Shown: positions 1 to 11,765, counted from the first letter of the stretch. The stretch: DNA of 64,000 nucleotides from an uncultured delta proteobacterium (GCA_963832165.1 CAWHTE010000011.1:576001-640000); one strand, 5' to 3'. Numbers and translations: made by a program. The notes: generated by a model not told the origin, from the sequence alone.

Positions 1-29
1 GAACAGCAATTCGGACTTGGGAGTACAGT

Positions 30-362
30 ATGCCCCTGATTGAAGTCACCGAGCCGGCCGCCGAGCGCATTCGCGAGCTGCTGACCAAGGACGGCAAGGC
101 CGAGACCCACGGACTTCGCATGAAGGTGGTGGGCGGAGGCTGTTCGGGTCTGCGCTACGAGCTCGCCTTCGACGACCAGATCCGCGACGTGGACACCAAG
201 ATCGAGATCAACGGCGTGCGCGTGATCCTCGACGAGAAGAGCGCGCTATACCTCGCGGGAACCACGCTGGACTTCGTGGACACGCTGCAGGAGTCCGGCT
301 TCAAGATGGTCAACCCGAACGCCTCGTCGACGTGCGGTTGCGGGGAGTCGTTCAGCGCATAG
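30..362 (+). CDS. iscA: A-type Fe-S cluster assembly/carrier protein (IscA/ErpA, HesB family)
   Basis: GGGCSG and C-terminal CGCGESF motifs; 110 aa. Confidence 0.93.
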   Translation: MPLIEVTEPAAERIRELLTKDGKAETHGLRMKVVGGGCSGLRYELAFDDQIRDVDTKIEINGVRVILDEKSALYLAGTTLDFVDTLQESGFKMVNPNASSTCGCGESFSA

Positions 363-376
363 TCCGGCGACTCGCG

Positions 377-1568
377 GTGACCCGGCGTCCGATCTACCTC
401 GACCACCACGCAACGACGCCGGTCGATCCGCGCGTCGTCGAAGCGATGGCGCCGTACTTCCACGAGGAGTTCGGCAACGCGTCGAGCGCGACGCACCTCT
501 ATGGCTGGCGCGCCGAGGCGGCCGTGGAGCAGGCGCGCGAGGAGATCGCCGCGGCGATCGGCGCGGCCGATCCGCGCGAGATCGTGTTCACGAGCGGCAC
601 GACCGAGAGCGACAATCTCGCGCTCGCGGGCATCGCGCGCGCTCAGCGCGGCCGGCGCGACCACCTGGTGACGAGCGCGATCGAGCACCCCGCCGTGCTC
701 GACACGGCGCGCGCTCTCGCCGCGCACGAGGGCTGCACGCTCACGGAGCTGCCCGTCGACGAAGGCGGTCTCGTGGATCCGGAGGCGGTCCGCGCGGCGA
801 TCGGACCGCGCACCGCGCTCGTGTCGATCGGCGCCGCGAACAGCGAGATCGGCACACTTCAGCCGATCGGCGAGATCGCGGCCGTTTGCAGCAAGGCGGG
901 CGTGCCGTTCCACAGCGACGCGGCACAGGCGAGTCGGCAAGGTGCCGATCCACGTGCGCCGCGACGGGATCGATCTGCTCGCGTTCTGCGCGCACAAGCT
1001 CTACGGGCCGAAGGGGATCGGCGCGCTCTACGTGCGCCGCGGCCGACCCGCGCTCACGATCGCGCCGCTCCTGCACGGCGGCGGACACGAACGCGGTCTG
1101 CGCTCGGGCACCACGCCCGTGCCGCTCGTGGTCGGCTTCGCGCGCGCGGTGTCGCTATGCCTCGCGGACTTCGAGACCGAGGCCGCGCGGCTGTGCGCGC
1201 TCCGCGACCGGCTGTTCGACGGGCTGTGCGCAGAGCTGCCCGGCCTCGTGGCGCTGAACGGGGATCCGGTGCGGCGACTGCCCGGCAACCTCAACGTCTC
1301 GTTCTCGGGTGTGCGCGCGGACGGGCTGCTCGCCGCGCTGCGCGACGTGGCGCTCTCGACCGGGTCGGCCTGCGCGTCCGCGCGCGGTGAGCCGAGTCAC
1401 GTCCTGCGCGCGCTGGGTCTCCCGCCCGAGCGGATCCGGGGCGCCCTGCGCTTCGGCCTCGGCCGCGGCACCACCGAGGCCGAGATCGACACCGTGATCG
1501 CGCGCGTCGCCGAGGAGGTGAGTTCGGCGAGGGGCGCCTCGATCGGGCCGCTCCGGGTCCGCACCTAG
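377..1568 (+). CDS. iscS: Cysteine desulfurase (IscS/NifS class V PLP enzyme), split by a +1 frameshift at about 932
   Basis: IYLDHHATTP, FTSGTTES and HSDAAQA in one frame; GKVPI, HKLYGPKGIGALY and STGSAC in the next. Removing one A in CAG-GCG-A-GTC-GGC-AAG restores DAAQAVGK. Confidence 0.88.
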
Positions 1569-1662
1569 TTCTCGGGCCGACTTCGCAGACCCCGCGCTAC
1601 TCTTCGCGATTCCGCGCCGAAGAACGCGGTAGCAGGACCGCCTGGAGCGGTGGAGGGGCGAC

Positions 1663-2277
1663 TTGACCGAGCAGAAGGCGACCAACATCACCTGGCACGC
1701 GGGTCACGTCGAGCGCGGAGACCGCGAGCGACTGCTCGGACAGTGCGGCGTGACGGTCTGGCTCACGGGCCTGTCCGGCTCGGGCAAGTCGACGATCGCG
1801 GTGGCCGCGGAGAAGGCGCTGCTCGAGCGCGGGCGCCACGCCTACGTGCTCGACGGCGACAACGTCCGCCACGGGCTGAACAAGAACCTCGGCTTCTCGC
1901 CCGCGGACCGCACCGAGAACATCCGCCGGATCGGCGAGGTCGCGAAGCTGTTCACGGAAGCCGGCGTGATCGTGATGACGTCGTTCATCTCGCCGTACCG
2001 CGAAGACCGCGACGCCGTGCGCGCGATCATGGGCAAGGGAGACTTCGTCGAGGTCCACGTCAAGGCGAGCGTCGAGACGTGCGAGAGCCGCGACGTGAAG
2101 GGCCTGTACAAGAAGGCGCGCGCGGGGGAGATCCCCGAGTTCACGGGCATCTCGGCGCCCTACGAAGAGCCCGAACGCCCCGAGCTCGTGCTCGACACGC
2201 AGGCGCAGTCGGTGGAGCAGAGCGTCTCCGCGCTGGTCGGCTACCTCGACGCTCAGGGGTATCTGGGTAGGTCGTGA
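1663..2277 (+). CDS. cysC: Adenylyl-sulfate kinase
   Basis: [13 protein letters not shown]-loop, [28 protein letters not shown] start after GGAGG. Confidence 0.96.
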   Translation: MTEQKATNITWHAGHVERGDRERLLGQCGVTVWLTGLSGSGKSTIAVAAEKALLERGRHAYVLDGDNVRHGLNKNLGFSPADRTENIRRIGEVAKLFTEAGVIVMTSFISPYREDRDAVRAIMGKGDFVEVHVKASVETCESRDVKGLYKKARAGEIPEFTGISAPYEEPERPELVLDTQAQSVEQSVSALVGYLDAQGYLGRS

Positions 2278-4016
2278 GCGCTCGCAGCACCGCTCTCGCG
2301 TGGATTGCCGCCGCCCTGTTCGGGAGCGGCTGTGCGGCGCTCCAGGGTGCGCCCGAGGGCCCGGGCCGCGAGGTGCGGCCCGACGCGCCGCCCGAGTACG
2401 ACGTGCTGGTCTACCACGATCACCTCGCGGACGGCCAGCCGCAGGAGGCGATCGCGGCGCTCGAGCGCGCGATCGAAAAGGACAAGGAGTCGGTGCTCCT
2501 GCACCGCATGATGGCCGAGGCGCTCGCTCGCAACGGCGAGCTCGACCGCGCGGTCGAATTCGCACGCCGCGCGCGCGAGCTCGGGCCCGAGGATCCGGCC
2601 GTGCGCAGCATCCTCGCGCAGCTCTACCGGATCCAGCAGAACTCCGCCGAGGCGGAGAAGCTGCTGCTCGACGAAAAGGGCGATCCGATCGACGAGGAGT
2701 CGGCGTGGCTGCTCTACCAGATCTATCTCGAGGGCAACCAGTTCGATCAGGGGCTCGAGATCGCGCGCTGGATGACCGAGCGCAACCCCGAGGAGCCGCG
2801 CGGATGGATCGCGCTCGCCAACGTGTACGAAAAGCAGGAGAAGCCGCTCGACGCCGAGAATGCGCTGCGCAAGTCGCTCGCGATCGATCCCGCGAACCTG
2901 CGCATCTACGGCGCGCTCGCGCGCTCGATGCGCAACCGCGGCGACAAGGAAGGGGCGATCGGCGTGTATCGCGAGATGCTGCGCCAGGCGCCCGACGACC
3001 ACTCGACGCTGTTCGCGCTGGCCGAGGCGCAGATCAACGACGAGGATGTCGAAGGCGCGATCGAGACGCTCGAGCGGATCGAGTCGGGCTATCCCAGCGA
3101 TCTCGAGTCGGTGAAACGGCTCGGCTACCTGCTCTACGAAGCGCATCGCTTCGCCGACGCGGTGAAGCGCTTCGAGCGCGTGCTCGACGCGAACCCGCGC
3201 GAGTACGAGGTGGCGTTCTTCGACGGCGTGGCGCTGCGTCGCCTGAACAAGGACGCCGAGGCCGTGCGCGCGTTCGAGCGCATCGCGGCCAGCCACGAAT
3301 ACTACGCGGAGGCGCGCACCCAGATCGCCGCGGTCCACGAGCGGCACGGGCGCTACGCCGAGGCACTCTCCGAGGTGGAGCGCGCGCTCGCCACCGAGCC
3401 CTCGCGCGAGCTCGAGCTCTACAGCGCGACCCTGCGCTCGAGGACCGGCGATTTCGAGGGCGCGGTCGCCTACCTCGAGGGACTGCTCGCGAGCAGCCCC
3501 GACGACGACGAGCTGCTCTACAACCTCGGCGTCGTGTACGGCGAGAAGAATCGCGACGAAGAGGCGATTCGCTACATGACGGCCGCGCTCGAGAAGAACC
3601 CCGACAACGCCGACGCGCTCAACTTCATCGGCTACACCTGGGCCGAGCACGGCGAGAACCTCGAGCAGGCCGAGCAGTACATCACCCGGGCGATGGAGCT
3701 GCGCCCCGACAACGGCTACATCGTCGACAGCCTGGGCTGGGTCTACTACATGCGCGCGCGGCCGCTCATGAAGGCCGGCGACACCGCAGCGGGTCGCAAA
3801 TGGCTGACCAAGGCGATCGAAGAGCTCGAGCGCGCGCACGAGCTGACCGGCGGCGACCCCGTGATCTCCGAGCACATCGGCGACGCCTACCTGCTGCTCG
3901 ACGATCGGCGGCGCGCGCTCGACAAGTTCGAGGAAGCGGCGGTCATGGGGCCGCGGCCCGAAGAGCAACCGGAGCTGCGCGAGAAGCTGGAAACCCTGCG
4001 GCGCGAGCTCGAGTAG
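2274..4016 (+). CDS. TPR-repeat lipoprotein
   Basis: Signal peptide with lipobox-like FGSGC; multiple TPRs; [10 protein letters not shown] and DSLGWVYY C-terminal motifs. Confidence 0.88.
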   Translation: MSARSTALAWIAAALFGSGCAALQGAPEGPGREVRPDAPPEYDVLVYHDHLADGQPQEAIAALERAIEKDKESVLLHRMMAEALARNGELDRAVEFARRARELGPEDPAVRSILAQLYRIQQNSAEAEKLLLDEKGDPIDEESAWLLYQIYLEGNQFDQGLEIARWMTERNPEEPRGWIALANVYEKQEKPLDAENALRKSLAIDPANLRIYGALARSMRNRGDKEGAIGVYREMLRQAPDDHSTLFALAEAQINDEDVEGAIETLERIESGYPSDLESVKRLGYLLYEAHRFADAVKRFERVLDANPREYEVAFFDGVALRRLNKDAEAVRAFERIAASHEYYAEARTQIAAVHERHGRYAEALSEVERALATEPSRELELYSATLRSRTGDFEGAVAYLEGLLASSPDDDELLYNLGVVYGEKNRDEEAIRYMTAALEKNPDNADALNFIGYTWAEHGENLEQAEQYITRAMELRPDNGYIVDSLGWVYYMRARPLMKAGDTAAGRKWLTKAIEELERAHELTGGDPVISEHIGDAYLLLDDRRRALDKFEEAAVMGPRPEEQPELREKLETLRRELE

Positions 4017-4018
4017 AC

Positions 4019-4861
4019 GTGGCTCGCCTCGGTCTCTGGCTCGCGCTGGCCGCGTTCGCCACCGGCTGCGTGAGCACGATCCCGGCCTCGCCGCTGCCGG
4101 ACGGCGATCCGCGGCCCGCCGCGCTGCTCGCCGCGTGGCGCGCACACGCGGCGCGCCGCGAGTCGCTCCAGGCGGTGGCGCGGCTCTCGGTCGACGCTCC
4201 GGGTGCGGGCGCTGGCGGACGCGACCTCGCGCTGCGCAGCAAGCAGCGGCTCTGGCTCGCGCGTCCGGCCCAGCTGCGCGTCGAGGTGCTCGGATTCCTC
4301 GACACGACGCTCGCGGTGCTCGTGACCGACGGCGAGCGTTATTCGCTGTTCGAGAGCCGCGAGCAGCACCTCGAGGAGGGCCCGGTCTACCCGGAGCTGC
4401 TCTGGGATGCGGCCCATCTCGCCCTCACGCCCGCCGAAGCGGTGGAGGTGATCCTGGGCGCGCCCGAGCCCGATGCGGGGCTGCATCGCGGCGCCGCCTA
4501 CCTCGTGGGCGAGCGGATCCGCATCGATCTCACCGATCCGGGCGGGCGCGTGCGCCGCATCGTCGAGTTCGGGGCGGAGGGTGAGCTGCGCCGGCTCGCG
4601 CAGGCCGACGATTCGGGAGAGGTGGCCTGGGAGGCGCTGTTCGACGACTTCGCCGAGATCGACGGCACTCCGTTCGCGCGCGACGTGGCGCTGCGCAGCT
4701 CGTCGGGCCGCTCCCATGCCGCGCTCGTCTTGCGCTCGGTCGAGCTGAACCCGGACGTGCCCGAGGATATATTCCGCCTGCGGCCGCCCAGCTCGACGCT
4801 CGACCCCGAGATCCGATCGGAAGCGCCGGCGGGTGGTGCGCGCGCTGCGGAGGGGGGATGA
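4019..4861 (+). CDS. Lipoprotein, putative LolA/LolB-fold (DUF4292-like)
   Basis: GTG start, lipobox FATGC, RPAQLRVEVLGFLDTTLAVLVTDG segment; follows a TPR gene as lolB usually does. Confidence 0.6.
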   Translation: MARLGLWLALAAFATGCVSTIPASPLPDGDPRPAALLAAWRAHAARRESLQAVARLSVDAPGAGAGGRDLALRSKQRLWLARPAQLRVEVLGFLDTTLAVLVTDGERYSLFESREQHLEEGPVYPELLWDAAHLALTPAEAVEVILGAPEPDAGLHRGAAYLVGERIRIDLTDPGGRVRRIVEFGAEGELRRLAQADDSGEVAWEALFDDFAEIDGTPFARDVALRSSSGRSHAALVLRSVELNPDVPEDIFRLRPPSSTLDPEIRSEAPAGGARAAEGG

Positions 4862-6879
4862 AGCGCGCTCGTGGAGCACTGCTGCTAGGTCTGCTCGCAG
4901 TTGGGCTCGCGTCGTGCACCAACAACCCGTATCCGGAAGCGGACGACATCGTGAAGGTGCGCTACCTCGCGCTCTCGGGCCCGCCCAAGGATCTCGACCC
5001 CGCGGTGACCTACAACGCGGCGGATCACGCGATCACCGCGAACGTCTACGAGACGCTGCTCGAGTACCACTACCTGAAGCGGCCCTACGAGCTGATGCCC
5101 GGGCTCGCCGAGGCGGTGCCCGAGGCCGAGCCCGGTGCGGACGGTCGCATCACCTATCGCTTCCGGCTGCGCCCGGGCGCGCGCTACCAGAAGGACCCGT
5201 GCTTCGCGCCGGGTGCGCCCGAGCCCGCCGATCGCGAGATCGTCGCGGCCGACGTCGCTTTCGAGCTGATGCGGATCGGCGACCCGAGCGTGATCAGCCC
5301 CGTGGTCGCGACGTTCTCGAAGATCGACGGCTTCGAGGAGTTCGTGAAGCGGCTCGTGGAGCTGCGCGCGGCGGATCCCGAGTTCGCCAAGCAGCGCGCC
5401 GATCAGCAGTACGCGGCCGCCGGAGGTGTGGCGGGCCTCGTGGTGCGCGGGCGCTACGAGCTCGACGTGATCCTGCGCCATCCCTATCCGCAGCTGCTCT
5501 ACTGGTTCGCGATGCCGTTCACCTCGCCGGTGCCCTGGGAGGCCGTCGCCTACTACGACGGCGAGGGCGGGCGGCCGTTCTTCAACGAGCATCCAGTCGC
5601 CTCGGGCCCGTTCCAGGTCACGCGCTTCCAGAAGCACAGCCGCGTCACGCTCGAGCGCAATCCGAACTGGTACGGCGCGCTGCACCCCGAATGGCGCGCG
5701 CCCGGAGCGACTTATCCCTCGGAGGGCGAGCCCGGCGACGCCGAGAAGGGACTCCTGCACCCCGGGTACGTCGGCCGGCCGCTGCCGTTCCTCGACCGGA
5801 TCGAGTTCCGCATGGAGAAGGAGGACATCCCGGGCTTCAACAAGTTCCTCCAGGGCTACTACGACGCATCGGGAATCATCCAGGAGAGCTTCGACCGCGC
5901 GGTGCAGCAGGGCCGGCTCACGCCCGCGATGGAGGCGCGCGGGATGTCGCTCGCGAAGAGCGTCGACCCCGCGATCTACTACGTCGGCTTCAACATGAAC
6001 GACCCGACGATCGGCTCGCGCGGCGGCGCGCGCGCGCGCAAGCTGCGCCAGGCGATGAGCGTGGCCGTCGACGTCGTCGAGTTCACCCGGATCTTCATGA
6101 ACGGCCGCGGCGTGCCCGCGCAGTCGCCGATCCCGCCCGGCATCTTCGGCTACGACCTCGAGTACCAGAATCCGTACCGCCAGCCCGATCTCGAGCGAGC
6201 GCGCAAGCTGCTCGCCGAAGCCGGCTACGAGAACGGGATCGATCCCAAGACGCGGCGCCCGCTGCGCCTCACGTTCGACACCCCCGATCCGTCGACGCGC
6301 GGCCGCCTGCGCTACCAGTTCTTCGTCGACGCGTGGCGCCGGATCGGACTCGACGTCGAGGTCGCCGCCACCAACTACAACGCCTATCAGGACAAGCTGC
6401 GCGACGGCGCCTATCAGGTCTACTGGTACGGCTGGATCGCCGACTACCCCGACCCCGAGAACTTCCTGTTCCTGCTCTGGGGGCCGAACTCGACCTCGAA
6501 GAACCCCGGCGCGCCGAACACCTCGAACTTCTCCGATCCGCGCTTCGACGCGCTCTTCCTCGCGATGAAGGACATGTCCAACGGCCCCGAGCGCAGGCAG
6601 CGGATCGCCGAGATGCTCGAGATCCTCGAGCGCGAACGTCCCTGGATCGAGCTGTTCCACTCCGAAGCCTACGCGCTCTATCACGGTTGGATCACGAACG
6701 TGAAGCCGCCCGGCCTGTCGCTGCCCGCGAGCAAGTACATCGACGTGGATCCTCATCTGCGCCGCGAGCGGCGCACGGAGTGGAACGAGCCGATCCTGTG
6801 GCCGGCCTGGGCGCTCGGCGCCGCGTTCGCGCTGGTCGCGGTGCCAGGCGTCATCACCTACCTCCGGGAGCGCCAGTAG
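4858..6879 (+). CDS. Peptide/nickel ABC transporter substrate-binding lipoprotein (family 5) with C-terminal TM helix
   Basis: Lipobox LASC, LDPA, VYETLLEY, GWIADYPDPENFL; hydrophobic C-terminus. Confidence 0.9.
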   Translation: MKRARGALLLGLLAVGLASCTNNPYPEADDIVKVRYLALSGPPKDLDPAVTYNAADHAITANVYETLLEYHYLKRPYELMPGLAEAVPEAEPGADGRITYRFRLRPGARYQKDPCFAPGAPEPADREIVAADVAFELMRIGDPSVISPVVATFSKIDGFEEFVKRLVELRAADPEFAKQRADQQYAAAGGVAGLVVRGRYELDVILRHPYPQLLYWFAMPFTSPVPWEAVAYYDGEGGRPFFNEHPVASGPFQVTRFQKHSRVTLERNPNWYGALHPEWRAPGATYPSEGEPGDAEKGLLHPGYVGRPLPFLDRIEFRMEKEDIPGFNKFLQGYYDASGIIQESFDRAVQQGRLTPAMEARGMSLAKSVDPAIYYVGFNMNDPTIGSRGGARARKLRQAMSVAVDVVEFTRIFMNGRGVPAQSPIPPGIFGYDLEYQNPYRQPDLERARKLLAEAGYENGIDPKTRRPLRLTFDTPDPSTRGRLRYQFFVDAWRRIGLDVEVAATNYNAYQDKLRDGAYQVYWYGWIADYPDPENFLFLLWGPNSTSKNPGAPNTSNFSDPRFDALFLAMKDMSNGPERRQRIAEMLEILERERPWIELFHSEAYALYHGWITNVKPPGLSLPASKYIDVDPHLRRERRTEWNEPILWPAWALGAAFALVAVPGVITYLRERQ

Positions 6880-7820
6880 TGCTCGCCTACGCGCTGCGCC
6901 GGCTCGCCTACGCCTTCCTCGTGGTGCAGGGTGTGCTCGGGCTCCTGTTCCTGCTCTTCTTCGTCTACGCAGAGCCGGTCGACATCGCGCGGCGCGCGGT
7001 CGGCGAGAAGGCACCGCCCGAGGTGCTCGCGCGCTGGGTGACCGAGCACGGCTACGACCGCCCGTGGCCCGAGCAGCTGCGCGACCACTACTGGAAGATG
7101 CTCACGTTCGATTTCGGGCGCAGCGACGCCGACAACTCGCCGATCACACGGCGCCTGCGCGATGGGATGGGCCCGAGCCTGTCGTTCACGGTGCCCGCGT
7201 TCGCGCTCTCCCTGCTGCTCGGCGTCGGGATCGCGCTCTTCGTGGCCTACTTCCGCGACACGGCGATCGACCGGATGGGGGTCGTGTTCGCGGTGCTCGC
7301 GATGAGTGTGTCCGTCTTGCTCTACATCATCGGCGGGCAGTTCCTGTTCGGGAAGATCCTCTCGTGGTTTCCGATCTCGGGCTTCGACCTCGACCCGGCG
7401 CTCTTGCCGCGCTTCCTCGCGATGCCGATCGCGATCTACGCGCTCGCAGGGCTCGGCAGCGAGGTGCGTTTCAACCGCACCGTGTTCATCGAGGAGACCA
7501 GCCGCGACTACGTGCGCACCGCACGCGCGAAGGGCTGTGGCGACGCCCAGGTGATGGTGCGTCACGTGCTGCGCAACGCGCTGATCCCGATCCTCACCCA
7601 CGTCGTCACGGCGATCCCGTTCCTGTTCACGGGGTCGCTCCTGATCGAGTCGTTCTTCGGGATCCCCGGGCTCGGGTCGATCACCGTCGACGCGATCGAG
7701 GGCAACGACTTCGCGACGCTGCGCGTGATGGTCTACATCGGCGCGGTGCTCTTCACCGTGTTCCAGGTCGTCACGGACTTCGCCTACACGCTCGCGGATC
7801 CGCGCGTGAGGCTCGAGTAG
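6879..7820 (+). CDS. Oligopeptide ABC permease (OppB/DppB-like)
   Basis: DYVRTARAKG, HVLRNALIPI, IESFFGIPGLG; GTG overlaps the upstream stop. Confidence 0.92.
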   Translation: MLAYALRRLAYAFLVVQGVLGLLFLLFFVYAEPVDIARRAVGEKAPPEVLARWVTEHGYDRPWPEQLRDHYWKMLTFDFGRSDADNSPITRRLRDGMGPSLSFTVPAFALSLLLGVGIALFVAYFRDTAIDRMGVVFAVLAMSVSVLLYIIGGQFLFGKILSWFPISGFDLDPALLPRFLAMPIAIYALAGLGSEVRFNRTVFIEETSRDYVRTARAKGCGDAQVMVRHVLRNALIPILTHVVTAIPFLFTGSLLIESFFGIPGLGSITVDAIEGNDFATLRVMVYIGAVLFTVFQVVTDFAYTLADPRVRLE

Positions 7821-7824
7821 CGGC

Positions 7825-8847
7825 GTGGAGGGCTACGTCGTCTCGAACGCGGTGGTCGCGCTGCTCGTCGCGGGCGGGCTCTACACGGCCCATGCGGTAC
7901 GCCGCAGCGGCTTCTGGAGCCAGACGCTGCGCGATCTCGTGCGGCGGCGGCCGATCGCGATCGCGGTGATCGCGTTCTTCGTCGCGCTCGGGCTCGCCGA
8001 CTCGGTGGCCTGGATCGACGGCGCGGGCAACGTGTCGGGCGTCGCGGCGCACGAGCCGCGCTCGCTCGTCGACCGCGCGTTCCCGGCCGATTTCCAGGAG
8101 CGCAGCTACTCGGAGCCGCTCGCATTCGAGGAGTTCTACGGCGGGCAGGGGCTGCGCCACCCGGGCCAGCACTGGTTCGGCACCGACATCCTCGGCCGCG
8201 ACGTGATGCACCAGACGCTCAAGGGTGCGCGCGTGGCGCTGCTGCTCGGCGGGCTCACGAGCCTGATCGTGATCCCGCTCGCGCTGTTCTTCGGGATGGC
8301 GGCGGGCTATTTCGGCGGACGCATCGACGACGCGGTGTTCTTCGTGATCTCCACGTTGGCCTCGATCCCGAGCCTGCTCTTGTTGATCGCGCTGATCATG
8401 GTGCTCGGCCGCGGTCCGCTGCAGGTGTGCTTCGCGATGGGCGTCACGAGCTGGGTCGGCTTTTCCCGGGTGATCCGCGGCGAGACGCTCAAGCTGCGCG
8501 AGCTCGACTACGTGGCGGCCGCGCGCGCGCTCGGCGCATCCGAGATGCGCATCCTCTTGCGCCACATCCTGCCCAACCTGATGCATCTGGTCGTGATCAC
8601 GTTCGTGCTGCTGTTCTCGGGCATGGTGCTGTCCGAGGCGATCCTGTCGTTCCTGGGCATCGGCCTCGACGGCAGCTGGGGGCAGATGATCGACCAGGCG
8701 CGCGACGAGCTCGCGCGCGACCCGATCATCTACTGGAATCTCGCGTCCGCTTCCGCGGCGCTGTTCGCGCTGATCCTGTCGGTGAACCTGGTCGGTGACG
8801 CGATGCGCGACATCCTCGACCCGCGCACGGTCCGGGAGAACCTGTGA
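7825..8847 (+). CDS. Oligopeptide ABC permease (OppC/DppC-like)
   Basis: HWFGTDILGRD, YVAAARALGAS, RHILPN, GDAMRDILDPR. Confidence 0.92.
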   Translation: MEGYVVSNAVVALLVAGGLYTAHAVRRSGFWSQTLRDLVRRRPIAIAVIAFFVALGLADSVAWIDGAGNVSGVAAHEPRSLVDRAFPADFQERSYSEPLAFEEFYGGQGLRHPGQHWFGTDILGRDVMHQTLKGARVALLLGGLTSLIVIPLALFFGMAAGYFGGRIDDAVFFVISTLASIPSLLLLIALIMVLGRGPLQVCFAMGVTSWVGFSRVIRGETLKLRELDYVAAARALGASEMRILLRHILPNLMHLVVITFVLLFSGMVLSEAILSFLGIGLDGSWGQMIDQARDELARDPIIYWNLASASAALFALILSVNLVGDAMRDILDPRTVRENL

Positions 8848-9830
8848 ACACGGGCCGCGTGCTCGAGGTGCAGGATCTGGTCACGACGTTCCCTTCGGAG
8901 AACGGCCGGGCCGCGGTCGTGGACGGGATCTCGCTGCAGATCTCCGCGGGTGAGGTGCTCGCGCTCGTCGGCGAGTCGGGCTGCGGCAAGTCGATGACTG
9001 CGCTGTCGATCCTGCGCCTCGTGCCGAAGCCGGGGCGGGTCGAGTCGGGGCGCATCGTGCTGGGCGGGCGCGACCTCGCCGAGCTCTCGGTGACCCAGAT
9101 GCGCGCGGTCCGCGGATCCGAAGCCGCGATGATCTTCCAGGAGCCGATGACGAGTCTGAACCCCGTGCAGACGGTCGGCGCGCAGGTGGTCGAGGCGATC
9201 CGGCTGCACGAGAAGGTGACCGCGGCCGCCGCGCGCAAGCGCTGCGTCGAGCTGTTCGAGCGCGTCGGGATCCCCGACGCCGACGCGCGCTTCGAGAGCT
9301 TCCCGCACCAGCTCTCGGGAGGGCTCAAACAGCGCGTGATGATCGCGATGGCGCTCTCGATGCAGCCGAAGCTCCTGATCGCAGACGAGCCGACCACCGC
9401 GCTCGACGTCACGATCCAGGCGCAGCTGCTCGACGTCCTGCGCGAGATCCGCGATCGCTTTGGCATGGCGATCCTGTTGATCACGCACAACCTCGGCGTG
9501 GTCAACGAGCTCGCCGACCGCATCACCGTGATGTACGCGGGCCAGGTGGCGGAGGAGGGCACGCGCGAGGAGCTGCTCGCCCATCCGCGCCATCCCTACA
9601 CGCAGCGCCTGCTCGCGTCGATTCCGTCGCGCAGCCGGCGCGGCGAGCCGCTCGCGGAGATCCCGGGCGTGGTGCCGTCGCCGGGCGAGTGGCCGGCCGG
9701 ATGCCGCTTCACCACGCGGTGTCACCGCGCATTCGAGCCGTGTGCCGGGGTCGTCCCGCGCGCGACGCTCCTCTCCGATACGCACCGCGCGTTCTGTCAC
9801 GCCGTTGCGCTCGAAGAAGGCCGAGAATGA
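8844..9830 (+). CDS. Oligopeptide ABC ATPase (OppD-like)
   Basis: [28 protein letters not shown]-terminal Cys motif. Confidence 0.95.
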   Translation: MNTGRVLEVQDLVTTFPSENGRAAVVDGISLQISAGEVLALVGESGCGKSMTALSILRLVPKPGRVESGRIVLGGRDLAELSVTQMRAVRGSEAAMIFQEPMTSLNPVQTVGAQVVEAIRLHEKVTAAAARKRCVELFERVGIPDADARFESFPHQLSGGLKQRVMIAMALSMQPKLLIADEPTTALDVTIQAQLLDVLREIRDRFGMAILLITHNLGVVNELADRITVMYAGQVAEEGTREELLAHPRHPYTQRLLASIPSRSRRGEPLAEIPGVVPSPGEWPAGCRFTTRCHRAFEPCAGVVPRATLLSDTHRAFCHAVALEEGRE

Positions 9831-10840
9831 ACCGCGGAGAGGTGCTGCTGCGCGTCGAGGGCCTGCGCACGTGGTTCCCGATCCGCAAGGGTCTGTTCCA
9901 GCGCACGGTCGGGCACGTGCGCGCGGTGGACGGCGTCGACCTCGAGATCCGCCGCGGCGAGACGCTCGCGCTCGTCGGCGAATCGGGCTGTGGCAAGACC
10001 ACGGTCGGGCGATCGATCCTGCGGCTCGTCGAGCCGACCGCCGGGAAGATCTGGTTCGAGGGCGTCGACCTCGCGCGGCTCTCGCGCGCGGCGCTGCGGC
10101 CGTATCGGCGCTCGATCCAGATCGTGTTCCAGGATCCGCTCGGATCGCTCGACCCGCGCGTGCGCGTGCGCGATGCCGTCGCGGAGGGCATGGAGACGTT
10201 CGCGATCGGCGCGAGCGATCGCGAGCGCACCGAGCGCGTCGCCGCCGCCCTCGAGCGCGTACAGCTCGATCCGCGCCAGATGTGGCGCTACCCGCACGAG
10301 TTCTCGGGCGGTCAGCGCCAGCGCATCTGCATCGCGCGCGCGCTCGCCGTGGAGCCGCGTCTGATCATCTGCGACGAGGCGACCTCCGCGCTCGACGTCT
10401 CGATCCAGGCGCAGATCTTGAACCTGCTCCAGCGCCTTCAGGAGGAGCTCGGGCTCACCTATCTCTTCATCGCGCACGATCTGGGCGTCGTCCGCTACCT
10501 CGCCGACCGCGTGTCGGTGATGTACCTCGGCCAGATCGCGGAGGAGGGCGCCACCGAGCGGATCTTCACCGACCCGCGCCATCCCTATACGCGAGCGCTG
10601 CTCGCGGCGGTGCCGTCGATCGATCCTGCCCGGCGCGGCACGCAGGTTCGCCTCGCGGGCGACGTGCCCTCACCGTCGTCGCCACCGCCGGGCTGCCGCT
10701 TCCACACGCGCTGTCCCGAGGTGTTCGACCGCTGCCGTGTCGAAGAGCCCACGAGCTATGCGGTAGCGGACGGCGTGAGCCGCTGCTTCCTGTCCGATGC
10801 TGACGGCGAAGCATCGCGGGCATCGCGCGCGCCGAGCTGA
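9827..10840 (+). CDS. Oligopeptide ABC ATPase (OppF-like)
   Basis: [39 protein letters not shown]. Confidence 0.95.
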   Translation: MNRGEVLLRVEGLRTWFPIRKGLFQRTVGHVRAVDGVDLEIRRGETLALVGESGCGKTTVGRSILRLVEPTAGKIWFEGVDLARLSRAALRPYRRSIQIVFQDPLGSLDPRVRVRDAVAEGMETFAIGASDRERTERVAAALERVQLDPRQMWRYPHEFSGGQRQRICIARALAVEPRLIICDEATSALDVSIQAQILNLLQRLQEELGLTYLFIAHDLGVVRYLADRVSVMYLGQIAEEGATERIFTDPRHPYTRALLAAVPSIDPARRGTQVRLAGDVPSPSSPPPGCRFHTRCPEVFDRCRVEEPTSYAVADGVSRCFLSDADGEASRASRAPS

Positions 10841-10853
10841 TATACGAACACAG

Positions 10854-11765
10854 ATGCGGATCGACCCCGCGCAGATCGAGATCGCCTCCCTCACGGACGT
10901 GGGACGCCAGCGCTCGAACAACCAGGATGCGTACGGCGTGGGCCATGGGCGCTCGGGCGCGCGCTGGATCATGGTGGCCGATGGCATGGGCGGGCACGCG
11001 GGCGGCGCGACCGCGAGTCGCGTGGCCGTGGAGACGGTGACCTCGGTGGTGGCGAGCTCGCAGCTCGCGCCCGACGTGACGCTGCGCGCTGCGCTCGAGG
11101 CGGCGAATCGCGTCGTGCACGCCGAAGCGCAGCGCACCGAGGGGCTCGCGGGCATGGGCACCACGGGCGTGGCCGCGCTGTTCTCTCCGGATGGCGTCGC
11201 GTTCGTCGCGAACGTCGGCGACAGCCGCGCCTATCGCATGCGAGACGGAGCGCTCCAGCAGATCACGCTCGATCACTCGCTGGTCGCGGAGCTGCAGCGG
11301 CGCGGCATGATCACCGAGGAGGAGGCGCTCGTGCACCCGCGGCGCAACGAGGTGTTGCGCTCGCTCGGCGTCGAGCCCGAGGTGGTGGTCGACCTGCACC
11401 AGCTCGACCTCGCGCCCGGCGACGTGTTCCTGCTGTGCTCGGACGGACTCTCAGGTGTGGTGCGCGACGCGGAGATCGCCGACGTGATTCACCGCGAGCC
11501 GCCCGCCCAGGCGGCTCGCACGCTGGTCGACTTCGCGAACAGCCGCGGCGGTCCCGACAACATCACGGTCCAGATCGCGCGTATTCCGGCGCCGGAGCCG
11601 CAGCGCGCCGCGAGCGGCAGCGAGCCGCATCACTCGCGCTCGATCACGTTCGGGCTGGTCGGGTTGGCCGCGCTGCTCGCGGGCATCCTCGCGTGGTCGC
11701 TGTTCGGTGAGTTCCAGCGCGCGTCCAACCACCGCTCGCCACCGTCTGTGAACAGCGCGGACTAG
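10854..11765 (+). CDS. PP2C-family Ser/Thr phosphatase (Stp1/PrpC-like) with C-terminal TM segment
   Basis: TDVGRQRSNNQD, VADGMGGH, NVGDSRAY, LLCSDGL, GGPDNIT. Confidence 0.93.
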   Translation: MRIDPAQIEIASLTDVGRQRSNNQDAYGVGHGRSGARWIMVADGMGGHAGGATASRVAVETVTSVVASSQLAPDVTLRAALEAANRVVHAEAQRTEGLAGMGTTGVAALFSPDGVAFVANVGDSRAYRMRDGALQQITLDHSLVAELQRRGMITEEEALVHPRRNEVLRSLGVEPEVVVDLHQLDLAPGDVFLLCSDGLSGVVRDAEIADVIHREPPAQAARTLVDFANSRGGPDNITVQIARIPAPEPQRAASGSEPHHSRSITFGLVGLAALLAGILAWSLFGEFQRASNHRSPPSVNSAD

